This document shows, one piece after another, positions 25,305 to 32,000 of a DNA stretch of 32,000 nt (its first letter is position 1; every line of letters begins with the position of its first letter). The stretch is from an uncultured delta proteobacterium. Lineage in GTDB: Bacteria > Desulfobacterota > BSN033 > UBA1163. A program made the translations under genes and the position numbers. The notes below the pieces were generated by a model. It saw only the letters and a program-made list of their open reading frames with translations, was not told where the DNA came from and did not search any database. Location: the NCBI GenBank assembly GCA_963827685.1, contig CAWHBU010000004.1, forward strand, positions 672,943-704,942, read 5' to 3'.

Positions 25305-26417
25305 ATGGGAAATGAAAAACCACCAAAAAAGATCGGCATCGGTCCCCTCGGAAGAGGGGGAGGACTCATTCAATTCATCGTTTTCGCTATCGTCGGGATT
25401 GTCATATTCGTCTACTGCATCTCTCCAGCATCTATCGTTTTGACACTCATCCCTGCCACACTCATTATGCTCATCGTCCTCGGCCATTTAGTACTTTTGG
25501 GCGATAATTGGCCGTGGGCACCCCCAGCGGGAAATTGGACGCCTGCCAAATCGCGTTTCATTGCGGGAATTGGGATGACCATCATCTGGGCCATTTTTAC
25601 TTTCGCTGTGTTACTGTTCATGAGATTCATCTATCCCCAATGGCCAATAGGCCCACTTTATCTTTGGTTTGGGGTCATCGGGTTCTGGGCTACCCTCCTT
25701 TATGGGGTAAACTGGGGGGGATGGCCTTTTAAAGGGAAAGTCCATCCCTGGGGAATGATGGCAATCAGTTTCATTATTGTCATGGTCGTTTCTATCCTCA
25801 TCTGGAATTTCTTAACCAATCTTGATGGGACACCTCTTGCGGATACTCCGATCAATCATAAGGGGCCCCTCAATGTGAACTGGTTAACAGGATACCTGGT
25901 CTGGGCAATTGCCTGGTTCTTTGTCTTTAGCCCTGTCTTCACTACCCAAGGTTGGCCCTTTGCCAAATGGGGACATCCTGGGGCAGCCATTGGTCAGACT
26001 ATCCTTGCTCACATTTTGGGCTACATCTTCTGGAGCGGAAGTCTGGCTCTGGGTATTAGCCCAACCTTCTCGTTTGCCGCTTTGGGCTCATCCCTTATAT
26101 TTTGGCCTCTGGTTCACTCCTGGCATCTCCAGTTCTGGGGGCTCACGAAATACACCTTCTATAAAAGGGCAATTTCGGCATTCATTCTCCAGTGCATCAT
26201 CATCGCTATCTGGCTTATCATCATAAGGCCGATCCTTGGCCCTGCTGCCGAGGCCGTAGCAGCTGCGAAACTTCCAGCCGATGTAAACGTCCTCGTCATC
26301 TACCTTAACCTTTGTGTTATGGGTCCGGCACTCATTGCACACAACGCCTTCTGGTTGAGATGGCCACTGACACTTCCCAATCCACCAGGAACTCCGCCCC
26401 CTGATCAAGCTGTCTAA
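25305..26417 (+). CDS. Trp-rich polytopic membrane protein (~10 TM, 370 aa) of unknown family. Possible transporter.
   Basis: ATG 25305 lies 7 nt after GGAAGGAGG. There are about ten hydrophobic segments and, by my count, 23 Trp. The GWPF motif is repeated (NWGGWPFKG, TQGWPFAKWG). Confidence 0.7.
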   Translation: MGNEKPPKKIGIGPLGRGGGLIQFIVFAIVGIVIFVYCISPASIVLTLIPATLIMLIVLGHLVLLGDNWPWAPPAGNWTPAKSRFIAGIGMTIIWAIFTFAVLLFMRFIYPQWPIGPLYLWFGVIGFWATLLYGVNWGGWPFKGKVHPWGMMAISFIIVMVVSILIWNFLTNLDGTPLADTPINHKGPLNVNWLTGYLVWAIAWFFVFSPVFTTQGWPFAKWGHPGAAIGQTILAHILGYIFWSGSLALGISPTFSFAALGSSLIFWPLVHSWHLQFWGLTKYTFYKRAISAFILQCIIIAIWLIIIRPILGPAAEAVAAAKLPADVNVLVIYLNLCVMGPALIAHNAFWLRWPLTLPNPPGTPPPDQAV

Positions 26418-26426
26418 AAATAATGA

Positions 26427-26460
26427 GCCCTGGGAGGACCCTCCCAGGGCTTGATTTCTT
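26427..26460. terminator. Bidirectional rho-independent terminator between convergent genes.
   Basis: gccctgggag (26427-36), loop gacc, ctcccagggc (26441-50), followed by ttgatttctttt. On the other strand the stem is followed by tcattattttt. Confidence 0.75.
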
Positions 26461-26479
26461 TTAGGCAGTATTAATTGGT

Positions 26480-27698
26480 TTAAGGCCGATGGAACCGTAT
26501 CATATTATCTAAAACTTCCACTGCTCTTAGCGCAAAAGCAGGGTCACTGATATGAACGTCCATCTCTTCAATAGGGATGTTAGGGTTGATGAGCTTTCTC
26601 AATTCTTCTACAAAAATCTGGTCCGTCTTTGGATCATAAAGCTCCATTCCAGCTTTGTCAGCTTCAGACCAACCTTTCTTGGGGATCAGGACATAGGCCG
26701 GTCCCTTTGATCTGTTCAATTTTTCTCCAATGATGTAAGCAAATTTTTTCATCTCTTCAGGTCCCATACGGACACAGAATCGGATATCATGGGAATGTAT
26801 CTTTCTCCCTTTTAGTTGGTCTGGCATAGGATAAAAAGGACTGAATACGGCATTATCGAGCCCCTCCTGGCACAACCACTTGAGGGATTCCGAACTGCCC
26901 TGCGGTTTCCAACCGCATGGGACCGATCCCTTTGCAATATCCTCCAAACATTTCATCTGCTATCTCATGAGTAGTAAAATCAAGCACACCAGCAACCAGG
27001 CCTTCAGCAATGAATTCTTCCATGGCCATTCCACCGATTCCATTGGCGTGAAAAGCAATCATTTCATATCCTCTTTCTCGAAGGAGAGATTCCGCCTGCA
27101 TTGCACAAACTGAATTGATGCCGTAGGCTGTCACAGCAACCATGGGGTTTTCTTTTTTTATCACGCTTCCTTTTTCTATCATTCCGCCTATGGCATAAGC
27201 GGCTTGTCCCAGCATCAGACGCATAAATTCATTGGAACCCAAAATATCTGCTACCGAATGGAACATGACAATATCTTTCGTTCCGATATATTCCCTGATA
27301 TCTCTGGAGGCCACTGTGGAAAGTACCACCTTGGGCAGGCCGAAAGGAAGGGAACGCATAATATGGGTTACGATCGCTGTTCCTGTTCCGCCTCCCATCC
27401 CAAATACCCCATGGAGTTTGCCTTTTTCAAAGAGTTCTCTTGCCAAGATAGCCCCGCCTTCTTGGACGGCTTTAATAGCGAGAGAACGATTTTTTTCTTT
27501 GATTAAATGTTCCCAATGATACCCGGCAGCCTCCATCACCTCGACTCGATGGATATCCGGATGGGTGAGAGGTTCTCCCAAAGTTCCGATATCCATCAGG
27601 ATAGGATGTATACCGAGTTTTTGTGCGCAATCCTTTACATAAGCTGCTTCGTTTCCCTTTGTATCCAAAGTGGCAATGATGAGCAGTTGTTTTTTCAT
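26480..27698 (-). pseudogene. UPF0261 / Tm-1-like protein, second copy, interrupted by a 1-nt frameshift in a G4/C4 run at 26861-26864. Either a pseudogene or a sequencing error.
   Basis: The 281-aa ORF ends ..ETAGQFGIPQVVVPGGAR*. The 158-aa ORF continues in the other frame with GLDNAVFSPFYPMP...LIPKKGWSEADK. Removing one G restores GIPQVVVPGGLDNAVF, which is collinear with the intact copy. Confidence 0.7.
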
Positions 27699-27828
27699 TT
27701 TTATCTTTTCCCAGTATTTCCCAAACTAAAGGAGGTTACATTAATTTATCAGGACTTGCGCTATTTTTCAATTTTTTCTATTGAAATTTTTTCGGAGGGA
27801 AGATATCCTTTTGAGAGGAGGGCTGAAC

Positions 27829-28455
27829 ATGTCACAGATCATCGTCGCACAGAATGTCCACGGGATTGTTTTGGCAGGTGAGAATCGGGCGATCCAATTG
27901 GATGAAAAAGGAAATGAAATTTCATTACAAATAAATCGTCTCCTCCCGCTCACTTCTCATTGTGCTCTTCTAACAGCCGGGGCAGCAGAAGGGAAGGATA
28001 TGGGAAATGCTTTAAAGAGTTTTCTCCTCGGAGAGAAGCTCAATGACGTGCAAGACATTTATGGAGCAGCGCTCGCCTATCTTTCTACAGAATACGAACA
28101 ATTCATGAGAAAGAAGTGTGAATGGCTACCTGTTGATCCCATCCATCAGGTTTCCTTCGTCCTGGCTGGAAGAACAGAACGGGACCCAGTGATGCCCTTC
28201 CGGCTTTACTTCCTTTGGACAAAAAAGAAACTTCCCCGACTCGATGGGGATGAAATTTCTCACGCCTTTTCCCTGCCGAGGAGAATGGGTTTGGAGTTTC
28301 GGTTAAACAAGATGTGTAAAGAGAACGCTTCGTTGAAAGAGATTTTAAGAAAGATGACAGACGGAATGGAGCAATTAAAAAGTAAGGGGGAGGTAAGCGG
28401 TCCATTCTCCTTCGCCACGATCACCCAGGAGGGATTTCAATCTCTCAATCCCTGA
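27829..28455 (+). CDS. Proteasome-beta/HslV-like Ntn-hydrolase-fold protein (208 aa) with Ser directly after the initiator Met.
   Basis: MSQIIVAQNVHGIVLAGENRA...LLTAGAA...VSFVLAG...RLYFL...SGPFSFATIT follows the beta-subunit strand pattern (TTIVG..dGVVLAaDtRa). ATG 27829 follows GAGAGGAGGG. Confidence 0.5.
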   Translation: MSQIIVAQNVHGIVLAGENRAIQLDEKGNEISLQINRLLPLTSHCALLTAGAAEGKDMGNALKSFLLGEKLNDVQDIYGAALAYLSTEYEQFMRKKCEWLPVDPIHQVSFVLAGRTERDPVMPFRLYFLWTKKKLPRLDGDEISHAFSLPRRMGLEFRLNKMCKENASLKEILRKMTDGMEQLKSKGEVSGPFSFATITQEGFQSLNP

Positions 28456-29192
28456 AGGAAACTCCTCACATTTTTACCGAGAACGGAGTGGTTATAGCCT
28501 CCTTCGAGGACTCCAAATCGTCTTCCTTGGCAGCGCTCGAGAGAGGCCTCTTTGGCCCATTTTCCGATGGTGAAATAGTCCTCGGTCTTAAGCAGCCCTC
28601 CCCAGTCCTCTTCGTGGCGGTCAAATCCTGCAGAAATCGCGATGACATCATAGGGTCGTTCTGTTTGAAGAGATCGTTGGACTTCTTCTAAGAATCTCTC
28701 CCTGCGAATCCCTTCAGGATGAAAATAACTCACTGGACTTGAGCCACTGAAGGTATTGGATGTGCCGTCGCCATAATGGAGATCGAAATCGAGGATAAGA
28801 GCGCTTTTGATCTTTTCCTCACTGATGAGCCTTTTGATGGCAATGGCAATATTATTGAAGTAACAGAACCCCCAACAGGAATGGGGACTGGCATGGTGCC
28901 CTGGAGGCCGGATCAAACCGAAAGCAGGCTGGCCCTCACAGGCCATTTCCGCTGCAAGAATGGCCCCTCCAGCGGCGAGAATTCCAACTTCATAAACCTG
29001 AGGCTCCCCTTTAACAAATTGAATGTGACTCTTCCCATGAACTCTCCCCATATCCCTCTCTGAAGCAGCCTTCGGTTCAATGAATTCAAATTCTTTCTCC
29101 AGCGCCTCCACCATGGGCTCCATCCTCCCGGCAGCCGCCGCCGGATCGGAGGTGTAGACTTCATAAAATCTTGGATGAAAGACGACCTTCAA
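28437..29192 (-). CDS. Histone-deacetylase-family Zn amidohydrolase (AcuC/APAH-like), compact 251-aa form, TTG start.
   Basis: IRPPGHHA, FCYFNNIAIA, LDFDLHYGDGT and LEGGYN motifs. AAGGAGGG lies 6 nt before TTG 29192. The 3' end overlaps the convergent gene by 19 nt. Confidence 0.85.
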   Translation of the reverse strand: MKVVFHPRFYEVYTSDPAAAAGRMEPMVEALEKEFEFIEPKAASERDMGRVHGKSHIQFVKGEPQVYEVGILAAGGAILAAEMACEGQPAFGLIRPPGHHASPHSCWGFCYFNNIAIAIKRLISEEKIKSALILDFDLHYGDGTSNTFSGSSPVSYFHPEGIRRERFLEEVQRSLQTERPYDVIAISAGFDRHEEDWGGLLKTEDYFTIGKWAKEASLERCQGRRFGVLEGGYNHSVLGKNVRSFLQGLRD

Positions 29193-29239
29193 GGCTTTCC
29201 CTCCTTTAACCTAGCTATATTATCATACTCTTCCCATTG

Positions 29240-29274
29240 TTGACAATTCTTTCAGATTGATATATAGTATATAC
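29240..29274 (+). promoter_or_regulatory. Near-consensus promoter (TTGACA-17-TATAGT) with an overlapping GTATATAC palindrome, upstream of the TA pair.
   Basis: ttgaca is at 29240-45 and tatagt at 29263-68. The palindrome gtatatac is at 29267-74, a likely antitoxin operator. Confidence 0.45.
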
Positions 29275-29301
29275 AAATTATACAGTGTTGGAGGTGAATG
29301 C

Positions 29302-29550
29302 ATGACAACCCAGATGATTATTAGAATAGACCCTGAGGTTAAGCTCAAGCTCAGTAAACTTGCCAGGATGGAAGGGAAGACGACAAGCCAGATGGTAAGG
29401 GAACTGATAGAGGACTATACCAAAGAAAGGGATATTGGCACTTATATTGATGACCTGTGGGGAAGAATTGGGGGAAAATTGAGATCCAAAGGGGTAAGAC
29501 AAAGAGATATCGATAAGGCGATCAAAGAGGTAAGAAGAAGCCGAAGATGA
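29302..29550 (+). CDS. Ribbon-helix-helix (CopG-like) antitoxin, 82 aa.
   Basis: MTTQMIIRIDPEVKLKLSKLARMEGKTTSQMVRELIEDY gives a beta-strand plus two helices. GGAGGTG precedes ATG 29302. There is an ATGA overlap with the PIN gene. Confidence 0.75.
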   Translation: MTTQMIIRIDPEVKLKLSKLARMEGKTTSQMVRELIEDYTKERDIGTYIDDLWGRIGGKLRSKGVRQRDIDKAIKEVRRSRR

Positions 29551-29954
29551 GAGTCGTTATCGATACCAATATCTTTGTTTCATCCTTTTTCGGAGGTAAC
29601 CCCCGGAAGATCATTGACCTCTGGAAAAAAGGGAATATAAACCTTTGCCTATCCAATGATATCCTTGAAGAGTATGTGGATGCTTTGCGGAGAGTCGGAT
29701 TAAAAGAAGAAGAGGAGATCGAAGAACTTCTCTCTCTTTTTGCTAAGGGTTTCAATATTATCTTTACCACAAACACACCAACGATAAAGGTAGTAAAAGA
29801 TGATCCTGATGACGACAAATTTATAGAATGTGCAGTCGGCTTAAAGGCTGAAGTCATCATCACTGGAGATAAGGCTCTGAGAGCGATGGGTGAATATATG
29901 GGGATTAACATATTAACCCCTCAGGAGTTCTTAAAGATCTATGAACCTCACTGA
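29547..29954 (+). CDS. PIN-domain toxin (PIN_3-type), 135 aa.
   Basis: MRVVIDTNIFVSSFFGG...DDDKFIECAV...VIITGDK shows the acidic residues of a PIN nuclease. Confidence 0.85.
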   Translation: MRVVIDTNIFVSSFFGGNPRKIIDLWKKGNINLCLSNDILEEYVDALRRVGLKEEEEIEELLSLFAKGFNIIFTTNTPTIKVVKDDPDDDKFIECAVGLKAEVIITGDKALRAMGEYMGINILTPQEFLKIYEPH

Positions 29955-30025
29955 AATAGTGGTCCAACTGGGCAGTGTGCAGCAGATAAAGACCAATCTT
30001 GAAAAACCAACGAGCGTATTGAAAA

Positions 30026-32000
30026 TTGATAAAGACATTTATTAGCCATAGCTCCACTGATCATCCGTTTGTTGAATGGCTTAAAACAAAGCTTGAAAGA
30101 GAGAAATTAGGGTTAGATATTTTTGTCGATGATGGATCTGTTTTTGTAGGTGATGATCCGCAAAAAATGATAGATGAGGTTAAAAGGTCAATTATTTTTA
30201 TTCCAGTTTTATCGAACGAATCAGTAAGAAAAGAATTTGTCCAAAATGAACTTAAGACAGCAAATGAGAGTAAAACGACATATATTTTTCCTGTCAAACT
30301 AAAATGTGATAAAGAGAATATTCCAAAGGTAATCAAGGCAGAATTTACAGCTTTCGATAAGGTTGAGGGTAAAATTTATGAAGACTTTTCTAATGAGAAA
30401 GAGTGGGATATTCACTATGAACATTTGAGGAGGGCAATTTTTGACAAAATTGTTGAATTAGGCCTCTTTAAAGAAGATACTAAAGACTTCTATCAGGACT
30501 GTGAACATCTTGATTTAATAATTCAAAGAGAAGATCCAACAATTCTTGAAATAAAAGCGGTTATAGATGTTTATCTGAAAAAGGAACCATATCAAAGATA
30601 TTTTTTCAGCAAACTGACTAATGTAAAATGGCTTAAATATCTAAAACTGTACGGTTATTTAAAAAGTAATCCTCAACCCATTGAGGCTCAGGATTCCCCC
30701 GGCTCTTTCATCATCCCACAGTGGCATGCATTAGAGTATTTGGAGAAAGTTTCCAACCAGATTTCCAGTAACGAAGAAGCTATTGGTGACCTTCTTGAAA
30801 TAATCAAATCTGTTACCCATCTTAGAGATGCATCGGGCAAGCACATAGAAAACTACCGTACTTGGTATTACTTTACGAAGATTTTGCTTAATCTACCAAA
30901 TGCGAAGATCAGTGAAGAAATAGTCAATCTCATTCCTGTCTGGCTCGATTCAAGGTTCAGCACGTCTCTGCCGGGTGCTGAAATAGTCGGAAAGCTATTA
31001 CCCAAGTTCTTGAATAGCAGCGAACCCGAAGACTGGAAAAAAGCAGAAAGAATCATAGAAATAGTTACGGATATCAAATGGGTTGAGGTCCCCGAAAAAC
31101 AGAGGGATATCCATGGAAGAGAAAATGAACCAAGAACATTTGTCGAACCTTATTGGCTTAAGGAGGGTATTGAGAAACATTTTGAAAGAATTGGGGAGGT
31201 TTGTTCGATAAGTTCCATAGATGGGATGGCGAAGAAGATTCTTGCCATATTTTGCAGGCAATACCAACACTCATACGATGTAAACTATGAAGGTGAAGAC
31301 TACCAGATAACCCATTCACTACTAGAGAATGGCTTGCACCAAATTTCTGTTTTTTCCCTTAAATATCCCAAGAACTGGGATGGATACAGCAGAGAGAAAA
31401 TAGAGAAAACATTTGCATTGAGCTTTGTCATTTCCGAGCTTGAGAATAAATCTCAGTTTATTAGGAAAGGCAAAGAACTTCTCGCCGAGAAGTACTTCCC
31501 GGGCCTCAAAGACGAATTCGATAAGCCATTGTCATCAATTTATTCTTTATACGACTACTCATATGTTTGGTACAGCTCGTTGAGTGAAACAATCAAGCAC
31601 GTAAGTCTTGAGCATGCGGAAAGAATCCTTACATTCATTCTTAAAGAGGTTCTTGCCGCAAAGGCTCGTGCCAATAGAGATGAGACATCGGAGATCCTAG
31701 ATAGATTCCTTAGCAGAGACTATCCTTATCCTCTTTTCAAACGTCTTGTGATATTTATCGCTTCAGGAGATTGGGATAAATATAAGGAATATTTCTTCAA
31801 GTCCATTGACCTTGAAGAAATCAATGTTTTTGAAGGGGCGGATTACCAAGCTGAACTCTCTGCCTTGCTCAAAGGTAACTTCAATAAATTTAATGCGGAT
31901 GAAAAAAGAATTGTAAAGATGATCATCGAAAAGGGGCCAGAGCGGGTTTCTCCTGAGGATCCACAAGGATACAAAGCCTATTGGAAACAGAAATGGCTTT
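30026..32000 (+). CDS. Large TIR-domain protein. N-terminal ~140-aa TIR domain plus >500 aa of unrecognised, probably alpha-helical sequence. The 3' end lies beyond the window.
   Basis: Not in the ORF track. The frame is open from the stop TGA 30020-22 to position 32000 (658 codons; I translated it throughout). The first usable start is TTG 30026: (M)IKTFISHSSTDHPFVEWLKTKLEREKLGLDIFVDDGSVFVGDDPQKMIDEVKRSIIFIPVLSNESVRKEFVQNELKTA. This matches the bacterial TIR pattern (FISxSxxD, vDD, G, I.VLS..S....E). All minus-strand track ORFs here are antisense shadows. Confidence 0.75.
   Translation, partial: MIKTFISHSSTDHPFVEWLKTKLEREKLGLDIFVDDGSVFVGDDPQKMIDEVKRSIIFIPVLSNESVRKEFVQNELKTANESKTTYIFPVKLKCDKENIPKVIKAEFTAFDKVEGKIYEDFSNEKEWDIHYEHLRRAIFDKIVELGLFKEDTKDFYQDCEHLDLIIQREDPTILEIKAVIDVYLKKEPYQRYFFSKLTNVKWLKYLKLYGYLKSNPQPIEAQDSPGSFIIPQWHALEYLEKVSNQISSNEEAIGDLLEIIKSVTHLRDASGKHIENYRTWYYFTKILLNLPNAKISEEIVNLIPVWLDSRFSTSLPGAEIVGKLLPKFLNSSEPEDWKKAERIIEIVTDIKWVEVPEKQRDIHGRENEPRTFVEPYWLKEGIEKHFERIGEVCSISSIDGMAKKILAIFCRQYQHSYDVNYEGEDYQITHSLLENGLHQISVFSLKYPKNWDGYSREKIEKTFALSFVISELENKSQFIRKGKELLAEKYFPGLKDEFDKPLSSIYSLYDYSYVWYSSLSETIKHVSLEHAERILTFILKEVLAAKARANRDETSEILDRFLSRDYPYPLFKRLVIFIASGDWDKYKEYFFKSIDLEEINVFEGADYQAELSALLKGNFNKFNADEKRIVKMIIEKGPERVSPEDPQGYKAYWKQKWL

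Noticed and set aside
30061-31966. Minus-strand track ORFs 30061..30336, 30868..31077, 30998..31270 and 31763..31966.
   Set aside because: All are antisense to the continuous 658-codon TIR-protein frame. AT-rich DNA generates such short ORFs readily.

Overview
This 32-kb window looks like it comes from an anaerobic bacterium. The evidence is strong GGAGG Shine-Dalgarno usage plus Mo-cofactor, prFMN and split PEP-synthase-type enzymes. The taxon cannot be fixed from sequence alone.

Positions 1-29.2 kb form a catabolic island built from paralogous modules.
(i) A long minus-strand gene string (12169 down to 1) encodes two CrtI/CtmAB-like flavoproteins with a 77-aa ORF between them, an SDR, a Mop-type Mo/2x[2Fe-2S] aldehyde oxidoreductase and a DUF89 phosphatase. 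It continues with a split PEP-synthase-like pair (PpsA/PpsB-like), an ABM-fold protein, a GC-rich four-way-junction palindromic element, and a protein made of two tandem homologous domains.
(ii) An intact rve-type IS (1539 bp, 18-bp target duplication) sits between that string and its divergent LysR gene.
(iii) A second LysR gene heads a divergent operon: UbiD, aryl-CoA ligase, UPF0261 (Tm-1-like), UbiX, and a chimeric LpdD::UPF0261-C gene.
(iv) A second PpsA/PpsB-like pair is followed by a Trp-rich 10-TM membrane protein.
(v) A frameshifted UPF0261 copy, a proteasome-beta-like Ntn-fold protein and a compact HDAC-family amidohydrolase complete the island.

The right end (29.2-32 kb) is AT-rich accessory DNA. 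It carries an RHH/PIN toxin-antitoxin pair and a large TIR-domain ORF that is absent from the ORF track (TTG start, runs off the window).

The most interesting points are:
- the association, and physical fusion, of UPF0261 sequences with the prFMN (UbiD/UbiX/LpdD) machinery
- a CtmAB-like O2-independent methyl-to-carboxyl oxidation module
- the TIR giant protein
- the cloverleaf-like intergenic element

All family calls come from motif recognition by eye. No searches were run.
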